From Bacilli bacterium (lineage in GTDB: Bacteria > Bacillota_I > Bacilli_A > RF39 > UBA660), in assembly GCA_045541255.1 (NCBI GenBank), contig JAZQIU010000006.1:43663-107662 (forward strand): DNA of 64,000 bases, in the 5' to 3' direction. Under the pieces are notes generated by a model. That model was not told the DNA's origin. It saw only the letters and a program-made list of their open reading frames with translations, and made no database searches. Below are positions 19,754 through 28,548 of the stretch, piece after piece. The position numbers and the translations under genes are program-made. Every line of letters starts with the position of its first letter. The stretch's first letter is position 1.

Positions 19754-22336
19754 ATGAGAGAAAATGAAGAAAAGTTAGAAATTACTCAAGAAGAAAGCGA
19801 AATAATGGAAGAAATTATTGAAGCAGAAGAAACAGAAGCTAGTGAGGATGAAAGTAAGCCAAGTTTCAGTGGGTATTTTCACGAAAGAGATAGATTAGCA
19901 GAAAATAACATTGTTAATGAAGTTGAAACATCATTTTTAGAGTATTCTATGAGTGTTATTGCATCTCGTGCTTTACCTGATTTAAGAGATGGTTTAAAAC
20001 CTGTTCATAGAAGAATTTTATGGTCTATGTATGAATCTGGATATACACCTGATAAACCTCATAGAAAATCAGCTACAACAGTAGGATACGTTATGGGGCA
20101 TTACCATCCACATGGAGATTCTTCAATTTATGAAGCAATGGTAAGAATGGCACAAGATTTTAATCAACGTTATTTATTAGTTGATGGACATGGAAACTTT
20201 GGTAACATTGAAGGTGATGGAGCAGCAGCAATGCGTTATACAGAATCAAGATTATCTAAACTTTCATTAGAATTGTTAAGAGATATTAATAAAGATACTG
20301 TAGATTTTGATCCAAACTTCGATGAAACTCAAAAAGAACCTAAAGTTTTACCTTCCAGATATCCAAATATATTAGTTAATGGTACTATGGGTATAGCAGT
20401 TGGTATGGCAACAAATATTCCGCCTCATAATTTAGGAGAAGTTATTGATGGATGTGTTGCTTATATAGATGATCCTACAATTGATACATTAGGTTTAATG
20501 AATTATATAAAAGGACCAGATTTTCCAACTGGAGGTATTATTTTAGGTAATTCAGGTATAAAACAAGCATATGAAACTGGTAAAGGTTCTATAACAATAA
20601 GAAGTAGAGCAACTATAGAGGAAGTTAAAGGGCATCAATGTATTATAATTAATGAAGTTCCTTATGGTGTTAATACTATGGAATTAAAAAATAAAGTTGC
20701 TGAGTTAGTACATAATAAAATTATAGAAGGTATTAGTGATTATCATACAGATTTAAAAGATGGTGTAAAGATAACTATTACTTTAAAGAAAGATGCTAAT
20801 GCTCAAGTTGTATTAAATAATTTGTATAAACATACTAATTTTCAAACTTCTTTTGGTATAACACTATTAATGTTAGATGGTTTAACGCCTAAAACATTAG
20901 GTTTAAAGGATATTATTTCAAAATATATTGATCATCAAAAAGAAGTAATTATTAGAAGAACAAGATTTGATTTAAAGAAAAGTGAAAACAGAGTTCACAT
21001 ATTAGAAGGTTATAAAATAGCATTAGATAATATTGATGAAGTTATTAAAATTATTAAGGGAGCCGATACTGATCAAATAGCACGTGAGCAATTAATGAAA
21101 CGTTTTGGTTTAAGTCAAATTCAAGCTGATAGTATTTTAGAATTAAAATTACGTAGATTAACAGGTTTAGAAAGAAATAAGATAGAGGAAGAACTAAATA
21201 ATTTACTTAAATTAATTGAAGAATTAAAAGCTATTTTAGCTAGTGAACAAATGGTTCTAGATATTATTAAGAAAGAATTATTAGAAGTTAAGAATAAATT
21301 TGCAGATGAACGTAGAACTTCAATAGATATGACAGCAATTGATTATATTGAAGATGAATCTTTAATTCCTCAAGAAAATATAATAGTTACGTTAACAAAC
21401 AAAGGATATATCAAACGTTTGTCCGCTAATTCTTATAAAACTCAACATCGTGGTGGTGTAGGTGTAAAGGGAATGTCAACTAATGAAGAAGATTATGTCG
21501 ATCATATGATCAATTTATCAACCCACGACTATTTATTAATATTTACAAATAAAGGAAAAGTTTACAGAATGAAAGGTTATGAGATACCTGAGTTCAGTAG
21601 ACAAGCAAAGGGTTTACCTATCATAAACTTATTACAAGTTGAAAAAGATGAAGTTATCAACAGTCTAATTAAAATGTCACCAGAAGAAGAATCGAAGTAT
21701 TTAGTATTTGGTACTAAGAAAGGATTTATAAAAAAGACATTAATTAGCGAGTTTGAAAACATTAGAAATAGTGGTAAAATTTGTATTTCTTTAAGAAGCA
21801 ATGATGAATTAATAGGTGTAAAAAAATCTACTGGTTGTGACTATATAATGATGGCATCTACAGAAGGACGTATGGCAGTATTTAATGAAGATGAAATAAG
21901 AGTAATGGGTCGTACAGCTTCAGGAGTTAGAGGAATTAATTTAAATGACGCTGATTGTGTAGGATTAGAAGTAGTTACATTAAACGATAATATATTAATA
22001 GTAACTAGAAATGGTTATGGAAAGAAAACTCTTGTAAATGAATTTAGAACTACAAAACGTGGTAGTAAGGGTGTTAAAGCCTTAAACATTACAGAAAAAA
22101 ATGGTCCTTTAGTAGCATTTAAAATTATTGAAAAAGAACAAGATTTAATGATTATAACTAACTCTGGTATAATTATCAGGCTATCATTAGATCAAATTAG
22201 CCAACTAGGACGAGTTACACAAGGTGTTAGATTAATAAATTTAAAAGATAAACAAGTTGTTTCTACTATAAGTATTGTAGATAAAGAAGATGAAGAATCA
22301 GAAGAGTCAAAAGAAGAAGAGATTAATAATTATTAA
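19754..22336 (+). CDS. gyrA: DNA gyrase subunit A.
   Basis: AAMRYTE active-site region; GyrA box [10 protein letters not shown]; acidic C-terminal tail. Confidence 0.95.
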   Translation: MRENEEKLEITQEESEIMEEIIEAEETEASEDESKPSFSGYFHERDRLAENNIVNEVETSFLEYSMSVIASRALPDLRDGLKPVHRRILWSMYESGYTPDKPHRKSATTVGYVMGHYHPHGDSSIYEAMVRMAQDFNQRYLLVDGHGNFGNIEGDGAAAMRYTESRLSKLSLELLRDINKDTVDFDPNFDETQKEPKVLPSRYPNILVNGTMGIAVGMATNIPPHNLGEVIDGCVAYIDDPTIDTLGLMNYIKGPDFPTGGIILGNSGIKQAYETGKGSITIRSRATIEEVKGHQCIIINEVPYGVNTMELKNKVAELVHNKIIEGISDYHTDLKDGVKITITLKKDANAQVVLNNLYKHTNFQTSFGITLLMLDGLTPKTLGLKDIISKYIDHQKEVIIRRTRFDLKKSENRVHILEGYKIALDNIDEVIKIIKGADTDQIAREQLMKRFGLSQIQADSILELKLRRLTGLERNKIEEELNNLLKLIEELKAILASEQMVLDIIKKELLEVKNKFADERRTSIDMTAIDYIEDESLIPQENIIVTLTNKGYIKRLSANSYKTQHRGGVGVKGMSTNEEDYVDHMINLSTHDYLLIFTNKGKVYRMKGYEIPEFSRQAKGLPIINLLQVEKDEVINSLIKMSPEEESKYLVFGTKKGFIKKTLISEFENIRNSGKICISLRSNDELIGVKKSTGCDYIMMASTEGRMAVFNEDEIRVMGRTASGVRGINLNDADCVGLEVVTLNDNILIVTRNGYGKKTLVNEFRTTKRGSKGVKALNITEKNGPLVAFKIIEKEQDLMIITNSGIIIRLSLDQISQLGRVTQGVRLINLKDKQVVSTISIVDKEDEESEESKEEEINNY

Positions 22337-22347
22337 TCTCTTTTTTA

Positions 22348-22363
22348 TGTTTCACGTGAAACA
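22348..22363. promoter_or_regulatory. parS site 1 (TGTTTCACGTGAAACA, perfect 16-bp palindrome).
   Basis: Exact match to the Firmicute parS consensus tGTTNCACGTGAAACa. Followed by a TGTGGAAAA DnaA-box-like motif (22369-22377). Confidence 0.75.
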
Positions 22364-22460
22364 TTGAATGTGGAAAAGTTTAGTATAATATAAAAAACAT
22401 TTGTTAAAAAAACTATTTTATAAGAATTATTGTTAATAAAATAACAATATTATAATTTAA

Positions 22461-22476
22461 TGTTTCACGTGAAACA
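22461..22476. promoter_or_regulatory. parS site 2 (identical TGTTTCACGTGAAACA).
   Basis: Second perfect copy, 113 bp from the first, again followed by TGTGGAAAA (22484-22492). Confidence 0.75.
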
Positions 22477-22493
22477 TTAAATATGTGGAAAAC

Positions 22494-22522
22494 TTGAAAA
22501 CATTATATTGAAATGATAGAAT
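22494..22522 (+). promoter_or_regulatory. Promoter of the SRP RNA gene.
   Basis: -35 TTGAAA (22494-22499), 17-nt spacer, -10 TAGAAT (22517-22522); predicted TSS near G22529. Confidence 0.45.
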
Positions 22523-22528
22523 TATATT

Positions 22529-22600
22529 GTGCAATTAATTCTGTTATAAACTGGTCAGGACGGGAACGTAGCAGCCATATTAATAAGCATTAATGTGCAC
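22529..22600 (+). ncRNA. ffs: Small (4.5S-type) signal recognition particle RNA.
   Basis: Domain IV core GGUCAGG-ACG-GGAA-CGU-AGCAGCC matches the E. coli 4.5S GGUCAGG-UCC-GGAA-GGA-AGCAGCC motif (GNRA tetraloop plus symmetric loop). 5' GUGCAAUUAAU pairs with 3' AUUAAUGUGCAC. T7 terminator follows. Confidence 0.6.
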
Positions 22601-22620
22601 TTTTTTTATGGAGAAAAGTT

Positions 22621-23040
22621 ATGAAAGAAGAATATTATGATGATATTTTATATAAGTTAGCTACGAAAGCTTATAATAAGAATGAAATGCCTGTAAGTGC
22701 TATATTAGTTAGAAATAATAAAATAATTGCAAAAGCATATAATAGAAAAAATATTAATAATAATCCTTTATATCATGCAGAGATTTTATGCTTACAAAGA
22801 GCTTACAAAAAATTAAAAAGATGGAATCTAAATGATTGTACTTTATATGTTAGTTTAGAACCTTGTAATATGTGCAAGATGTTGATAGAAGAATCTAGAA
22901 TAGATCAAGTATATTATCTTTTAAATAAAGGAAAAAACAGTAATAAATATACCAAAACAAAATACGAACAAATGTATGTTGTTGGTGATGAAAAGTTTAA
23001 AAATTTAATTAATAAATTCTTTGAAAATTTAAGAAAATAG
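22621..23040 (+). CDS. tadA: tRNA-specific adenosine deaminase TadA.
   Basis: HAE...PCxxC zinc motifs (HAEILCL; EPCNMCKM); conserved tadA–dnaX neighbourhood. Confidence 0.8.
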   Translation: MKEEYYDDILYKLATKAYNKNEMPVSAILVRNNKIIAKAYNRKNINNNPLYHAEILCLQRAYKKLKRWNLNDCTLYVSLEPCNMCKMLIEESRIDQVYYLLNKGKNSNKYTKTKYEQMYVVGDEKFKNLINKFFENLRK

Positions 23041-23088
23041 GTTATTTATACGGGGTTCTATGTTATAATTATTGTGTAGGAGGTTTTT

Positions 23089-24705
23089 ATGGATTATAAA
23101 GTATTTTATAGAAAATATAGGCCTAAAAACTTTAATGAATTAGTTGGTCAAGATAGTATTAAAGATATATTGGTTAACTCAATTAAATTAAATAAAATAG
23201 CTCATGCTTACATATTTACAGGGCCTAGAGGTACTGGAAAAACGAGTACAGCAAAAATTTTTGCTAAGACTTTAAATTGTATAGATAATAATAATGGTCT
23301 TTCATGCGATTTATGTGATATGTGTAAATCTTATAATGAGTCAGCCGATATTATAGAAATTGATGCTGCAAGTAATAATGGTGTAGAAGAAATTCGTTCT
23401 TTACGTGATAGTGTTAAAATAGCACCGTACAATTCTAAGTATAAGGTATATATAATAGATGAAGTTCATATGTTGTCTAATAGTGCTTGGAATGCATTCT
23501 TGAAGACTTTAGAAGAACCTCCAAGACATGTAATATTTATTTTAGCAACAACTGAAATAAATAAAATTCCTGATACAGTAATGTCTAGATGTCAACGTTT
23601 TGACTTTAGTAAAATTTCTCAAAATTTGATGTTAGAACACTTGTCAAATATATGTAAAAAAGAAAATATTAAAATTACTGATGAAGCTTTGAATGAAATT
23701 TCTAAATTGTCAAATGGTTGTCTAAGAGATGCATTAAGCTATTTGGATAAGATATCTAAATATAATGTTGAAATTACAGTAGATTTAATAGAAGAAAATT
23801 TTGGTATTTTAAATAATGTAAAATTAGAAAATTTATTTAATGCTATAGATAAAGGAAATATAAAAGAAATTAATAAGTTGTTAGATGAAATAAGTGTCAG
23901 TGGTATAACACCTTTAAATTTTATCAATGAATTTGTAGAGTTTTTATTAAACAAAATAATTAATGGTGAAACTAATAAAGTAAACGATATTAAAGATTTA
24001 ATATACAAATTAAATAATTTAATAATTAATTTTAATTCTGTTGTAAATCCTTTTACACTTATAAAAGTAGAACTTATTTCTTTAAATTATTTCCCGGGAA
24101 ATAATTTTGTGAATATTTCCCATGAAAATGAAAAAGTTGTAAATGATAATGTAAATGTGGAAAAAAATAAAGTTTTAAACAATGATATTTTGGTTGAAGA
24201 AATTAATAAAGGTGTACGAGAAGAAATTAAACAAGAAGAAACAGAAAAATCTAGTATTAACTTTGATAAAATAAAACAAATAAGAATAAATAATAGTTTT
24301 TCAGGTGCATCTAAAGATGTTAAGGTGGATTTCATAAATAAATGGAAAGAATTTTTAAATAAATTAAATATAGATAATGATTATAATATATTGGGATATG
24401 TTGAAAATGCTAATATTGTTGTATCTTCAAAAACAAATACGATGTTTGCTTTTGAAAAAGAGAGTGAATCATTATTATTTAACGCAAATATAAGTGTTAT
24501 AGAAGATAAGTTTAATAAATTAAATAATTTAACTTATAAATTTATTTCCCTTTCTAATGAAGAATGGAATGTGGAAAAAAGTAATTTTATCAACAATAAA
24601 GATAAAAAATATGAATATATTGAAGAAATTGTTGAAGAAGAAAGTTTTGAAGCTAAGGATTTAGCAGAAAATATATTTGGAAATGATATAATTGAAATTA
24701 GATAG
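23089..24705 (+). CDS. dnaX: DNA polymerase III tau subunit (DnaX).
   Basis: Walker A GPRGTGKTS; Walker B IIDEVHMLS; Zn-module CxxC...CxxC; sensor SRCQRF. Confidence 0.9.
   Translation: MDYKVFYRKYRPKNFNELVGQDSIKDILVNSIKLNKIAHAYIFTGPRGTGKTSTAKIFAKTLNCIDNNNGLSCDLCDMCKSYNESADIIEIDAASNNGVEEIRSLRDSVKIAPYNSKYKVYIIDEVHMLSNSAWNAFLKTLEEPPRHVIFILATTEINKIPDTVMSRCQRFDFSKISQNLMLEHLSNICKKENIKITDEALNEISKLSNGCLRDALSYLDKISKYNVEITVDLIEENFGILNNVKLENLFNAIDKGNIKEINKLLDEISVSGITPLNFINEFVEFLLNKIINGETNKVNDIKDLIYKLNNLIINFNSVVNPFTLIKVELISLNYFPGNNFVNISHENEKVVNDNVNVEKNKVLNNDILVEEINKGVREEIKQEETEKSSINFDKIKQIRINNSFSGASKDVKVDFINKWKEFLNKLNIDNDYNILGYVENANIVVSSKTNTMFAFEKESESLLFNANISVIEDKFNKLNNLTYKFISLSNEEWNVEKSNFINNKDKKYEYIEEIVEEESFEAKDLAENIFGNDIIEIR
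24084..24107. repeat. 24-bp perfect palindrome AAATTATTTCCCGGGAAATAATTT, copy 2, inside dnaX (encodes ...LNYFPGNNF... in the tau linker).
   Basis: Read directly; identical to the copy at 11068-11091. Preceded by the in-frame heptamer T_TTA_AAT (24081-24087). Confidence 0.9.
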
Positions 24706-24717
24706 GAGAAAATTATT

Positions 24718-25017
24718 ATGAATATGAATAATTTGATGGCGCAAGCTCAAAAAATGCAAAAAGATATCCAAAAGAAACAAGAAGAAATTAATTCTATGAC
24801 TTTTATTGGAGAAAGTGAATGGGTTGAAGTAACTTTAACAGGTAATAAAACAATAGTAAAAATTAATATTAAAGATAAAAAAACTATGGATGAAGAAGAC
24901 TTAGAATGTTTAGAAGATATGATTAAAATAGCTATAAATGATGCATACAAAAAAATAGACAATGAAATAGAGAAAAAGTTAGGTATGTATGGTAAATTAG
25001 CAGGTGGATTATTCTAA
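24718..25017 (+). CDS. ybaB: Nucleoid-associated protein YbaB/EbfC.
   Basis: 99 aa; conserved dnaX–ybaB–recR order. Confidence 0.85.
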   Translation: MNMNNLMAQAQKMQKDIQKKQEEINSMTFIGESEWVEVTLTGNKTIVKINIKDKKTMDEEDLECLEDMIKIAINDAYKKIDNEIEKKLGMYGKLAGGLF

Positions 25018-25613
25018 TGTATCCAGATATTTTGGTAAAAACTATTGAATATTTTAAAAAATTTAATGGTATAGGTGAAAAAACTGCAGAAAGATTATCA
25101 TTATCTGTATTGGAAATGTCAAGTGAAGATGTTGATAATTTTTCTAAAAGTATTATTGAATTAAAAGAAAAAATAGTTAGATGTAAAGTTTGCGGACATA
25201 TAACTGATGATGAAGTATGTTCTATTTGTGCAAATAAATTTAGAAATGATAATTTAATTTGCGTAGTTGAAGATTATAAAAGTGTATTTATGTTTGAAAA
25301 AACTGGTAATTATGATGGAAAGTTTCATGTTTTAAATGGTGTTATATCTCCGATAGATGGTATAACTCCTGATGAGTTAAATATAAGTACTTTATTAGAT
25401 AGAATTTCAAAATTGGATGGGGAAAAAGAAGTTATAATTGCTTTAAAACCATCTATAGAAGGAGAAGCAACCACATTATATTTAAAAAAAGTTTTAGAGA
25501 AATATAATGTAAAGATTACACGTCTTTCTTATGGAATTCCAATGGGTGTTGAAATAGATTATTTAGATTCTATTACATTAGATAGAGCATTAAAAGATAG
25601 AAAAGATATTTAA
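25017..25613 (+). CDS. recR: Recombination protein RecR.
   Basis: C4 zinc finger CKVCGHITDDEVCSIC; Toprim domain. Confidence 0.9.
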   Translation: MYPDILVKTIEYFKKFNGIGEKTAERLSLSVLEMSSEDVDNFSKSIIELKEKIVRCKVCGHITDDEVCSICANKFRNDNLICVVEDYKSVFMFEKTGNYDGKFHVLNGVISPIDGITPDELNISTLLDRISKLDGEKEVIIALKPSIEGEATTLYLKKVLEKYNVKITRLSYGIPMGVEIDYLDSITLDRALKDRKDI

Positions 25614-25646
25614 TAATTAATTGCATATTATTTTATAGGTGATACT

Positions 25647-25823
25647 ATGAAATTATTTAAAATTGTTAGAAGATTATTCTTTTCTTTAGTTTATTTATTT
25701 GCTATAAATTTGTTTTTATCTAAACTAGGTTATAATATACCTTTAAATGCATTTAGTATAATTATTGTCTATATTTTTAGGTTCCCAGGGTTAATATTAC
25801 TTTTATTTTTAAGTAGGTGGTAA
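25647..25823 (+). CDS. BofA-like small membrane protein (58 aa, two TM helices), in the recR–yaaL–bofA position.
   Basis: Manual ORF MKLFKIVRRLFFSLVYLFAINLFLSKLGYNIPLNAFSIIIVYIFRFPGLILLLFLSRW. The pattern IPxN...S......G.PG...L resembles B. subtilis BofA (HVPINLVTTAISGILGIPGIAALVV). Under 60 aa, so absent from the track. Confidence 0.4.
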   Translation: MKLFKIVRRLFFSLVYLFAINLFLSKLGYNIPLNAFSIIIVYIFRFPGLILLLFLSRW

Positions 25824-25825
25824 AA

Positions 25826-26557
25826 GTGTTTATTTCAAAAAAATTTGATGAAATAAAAGTTGAATTTGATAATAAGAAAAATTCTCATTCGTATATGTTT
25901 TATACAAATGATTTTTTTAGTTGTCAAAAAGATGTAAATATTTTAATAAGAGATTTATTTAAAGTAGACAATTTAGAGTTAATAAAAACCGATTTAGTGG
26001 TAATTAAAAAAAGCGAAAAGAAAAACATTTTAAAAGAAGATATGCAAGATTTAAAAAATTTTTTTCAAAATACTAGTTATTTAAACAATTATAGAGTTTA
26101 TATAATAGAAGAGGCTCATAAATTAAATTCTACAACATCTAATATGATTTTAAAGTTTTTAGAAGAACCTATGGACAAAGTTATAGCATTTTTTATAACA
26201 ACAAATTTAGATGCTGTTTTACCAACTATAAAAAGTAGATGTCAAATAGTAAATGCTTTTTATGAAAGTTCAATTAATAATCAAGAAAAAGATATTACTA
26301 TATTAAAAGATTTTTTATATAATAATGATAAATATTTTGCTATATTTAAAGCGAAGAAATATTTTGAAAAATACGATCGAAATGAATTAATAGAATTGTT
26401 TATGACATATTTAGAGTATTGTTATAGAAATGAGCTGAACGCTAAACAAATTGAAGAAATAAAGATAATGAATAGAGCAATAGGAATGTTAAACAATAAT
26501 GTTAATGTAGATTATGTGTTTGATTATATATTTTTAGAAGGTGGTGGAAATATATGA
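25826..26557 (+). CDS. holB: DNA polymerase III delta' subunit (HolB), short form (~243 aa). GTG start with RBS AGGTGG.
   Basis: LKFLEEP and TIKSRCQ motifs (delta' sensor region); conserved holB–yaaT pairing. Confidence 0.6.
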   Translation: MFISKKFDEIKVEFDNKKNSHSYMFYTNDFFSCQKDVNILIRDLFKVDNLELIKTDLVVIKKSEKKNILKEDMQDLKNFFQNTSYLNNYRVYIIEEAHKLNSTTSNMILKFLEEPMDKVIAFFITTNLDAVLPTIKSRCQIVNAFYESSINNQEKDITILKDFLYNNDKYFAIFKAKKYFEKYDRNELIELFMTYLEYCYRNELNAKQIEEIKIMNRAIGMLNNNVNVDYVFDYIFLEGGGNI

Positions 26558-27336
26558 ATTTGGTAGCTATAAAATTTAAAAGTGATGGTAAAGCATATTA
26601 TTTTGATAGTAATGAATTAAAATTAGAAAAAAATGAATATGTTTTAGTAGAAACTGAAAAAGGTGTACAATTAGGTATTGTAAGCGATATAGATATAGAT
26701 ACTGAAAAGTTAAATCTTAATAAAGAGTTGAAAAAAGTAATAAAAAAAGCTAGTAAAAGTGATTATGATTTATATTTAAAAAATTTAAAAGACGCTGAAA
26801 TGGTTTTATTAGAGACTAGAAAAAAGATAGAAAAAGAACAGATTCCTATGAGATTAGTTGATGCTATGTATACATTTGATAAAGAACAATTAATATTAAA
26901 CTTTGTTGCTGATGAAAGAATTGATTTTAGAGATTTAGTAAAATATTTAGCTGCTAAATATAAGACACATATTGAATTACATCAAATGGGTGTTAGAGAT
27001 AAAGCTAAAGAAATTGGTGGAATAGGACAATGTGGTATGCCTTTATGTTGTAAAACATTTAAAGGTAATATGGATGGTATTTCTATAAACATGGCTAAGA
27101 ATCAATGTATTTCTTTGAATCCTTCTAAAATTAATGGTTGTTGTGGTAGATTATTATGTTGTTTGTCATATGAGGATGAAGTTTATACAGAATTAAAGAA
27201 AGAGTTACCTAAAATAAATGAGGAAATAGAAATTGAAGGTAGTTTAGGTAAAGTAAAAAAAGTTGATTTATTGAAAAAGTTAGTTGTTGTAGATATTGAT
27301 GGTGAAGAAAAAGTAGTTGATTATAATGTTGAATGA
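26554..27336 (+). CDS. ricT: PSP1-domain protein YaaT/RicT.
   Basis: Cys-rich C-terminal region (CGMPLCCKTF...GCCGRLLCC) typical of YaaT; gene order holB–yaaT. Confidence 0.7.
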   Translation: MNLVAIKFKSDGKAYYFDSNELKLEKNEYVLVETEKGVQLGIVSDIDIDTEKLNLNKELKKVIKKASKSDYDLYLKNLKDAEMVLLETRKKIEKEQIPMRLVDAMYTFDKEQLILNFVADERIDFRDLVKYLAAKYKTHIELHQMGVRDKAKEIGGIGQCGMPLCCKTFKGNMDGISINMAKNQCISLNPSKINGCCGRLLCCLSYEDEVYTELKKELPKINEEIEIEGSLGKVKKVDLLKKLVVVDIDGEEKVVDYNVE

Positions 27337-28003
27337 TTTATTAAATTATGAATTAAAAATATATCAGGAAGTAGATGCATTTAAGTTTTCCATTGATTCT
27401 GTGTTACTTGCAGAGTTTGTTAATATAAATTTTAGAGCAAAAAATATAATTGATTTTTGTAGTGGTAATGCTCCTATACCTATGATTCTATCTACTAAAT
27501 TTAATAAAAATATAGTAGGAGTAGAAATACAGAAAGATATTTATAGTTTAGGTTTAAAGAGTATTGAGTATAATAAGATAGAAAATATTAAATTTTTAAA
27601 TATGGATGTAAAAGAGTTGTCTAATTATTTTGATTATAAGTTTGATATAATTACTTGCAATCCTCCATATTTTAAGTATAATAATGATTCTATTATTAAT
27701 ATTAATAGTAGTAAAGCCATTGCAAGACATGAAATTATGATAACTTTAGAAGATATTATATCTGTATCTTCTGAAATAATTAATGATAGTGGGGGTTTAT
27801 ATTTAGTTCATAGATGTGATAGATTAGTTGAAATATTAGATTTATTAAAAAAATATAACTTTGGTTTGAGGCGTTTACAATTTGTTTACGATAGTATGAA
27901 TAGTCAATCATGTTTTTTATTAATAGAAGCTAAATATAAATGTAAAGATGACTTAAAAGTTTTAGAACCGTTGTATATTGATAAATATTTGGAGGGAAAA
28001 TGA
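27317..28003 (+). CDS. AdoMet-dependent N6-adenine methyltransferase, YabB/TrmN6-like.
   Basis: CNPPYF (NPPY/F) catalytic motif; AdoMet-binding DFCSGN. Confidence 0.6.
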   Translation: MIIMLNDLLNYELKIYQEVDAFKFSIDSVLLAEFVNINFRAKNIIDFCSGNAPIPMILSTKFNKNIVGVEIQKDIYSLGLKSIEYNKIENIKFLNMDVKELSNYFDYKFDIITCNPPYFKYNNDSIININSSKAIARHEIMITLEDIISVSSEIINDSGGLYLVHRCDRLVEILDLLKKYNFGLRRLQFVYDSMNSQSCFLLIEAKYKCKDDLKVLEPLYIDKYLEGK

Positions 28004-28542
28004 AGTTAATAGTTGGTTTAGGGAATCCTGGTAAAGAATATGTAAATACTCGTCATAATATTGGATTTATGTTAATTGATAAATATTTAGGTGATGTGAA
28101 ATTTAAAGAAAAGTTTAATGGTCTATATTATGAAACTAATAGTTTAGATAAAGTTATATTTTTAAAACCACAGACATTTATGAATAATTCAGGAGATTGT
28201 GTTGCTAAATTTGTTAATTATTATAATATTAAACCTGAAGATATTTTAGTTATTCAAGATGATTTAGATATAAATGTTGGTAAGTATAAATTTAAAATAA
28301 ATAGTAGCAGTGGTGGACATAATGGTATAAAATCTATTATTAATAACTTAGGTACTGAAAGTTTCTTTAGATTAAAGATTGGTATATCTAATTTGAGAAA
28401 AAAAGATGTTATCGACTTTGTCTTAGGTAAATTTAGTAAAGAAGAAATAAATAACATTAACTTTAACGAGTTGGTAAACGCAATTGATGATTTCATAAAT
28501 TATGATTATAGTTATGTAATGAATAAATATAATGGAAAGTGA
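28000..28542 (+). CDS. pth: Peptidyl-tRNA hydrolase.
   Basis: MKLIVGLGNPG...YxxTRHNIGF N-terminal signature. Confidence 0.9.
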   Translation: MKLIVGLGNPGKEYVNTRHNIGFMLIDKYLGDVKFKEKFNGLYYETNSLDKVIFLKPQTFMNNSGDCVAKFVNYYNIKPEDILVIQDDLDINVGKYKFKINSSSGGHNGIKSIINNLGTESFFRLKIGISNLRKKDVIDFVLGKFSKEEINNINFNELVNAIDDFINYDYSYVMNKYNGK

Positions 28543-28548
28543 TTATAA

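Noticed and set aside
22364-22392. Independent promoter after the first parS copy (TTGAAT ... TAATAT) driving a small RNA in 22393-22460.
   Set aside because: The spacer and -10 are suboptimal. The downstream 60 nt has only a weak AT-only hairpin and no terminator. It is more simply explained as part of a duplicated parS/promoter module; it is mentioned under the parS finding.
24150-24170. Isolated TGTGGAAAA DnaA-box-like strings inside coding regions (near 24156, 24576, 29326, 53622, 56857).
   Set aside because: Single copies in coding sequence, expected by chance for a 9-mer of this composition in ~25% GC DNA. Only the clustered copies around dnaA and next to the parS sites are reported.
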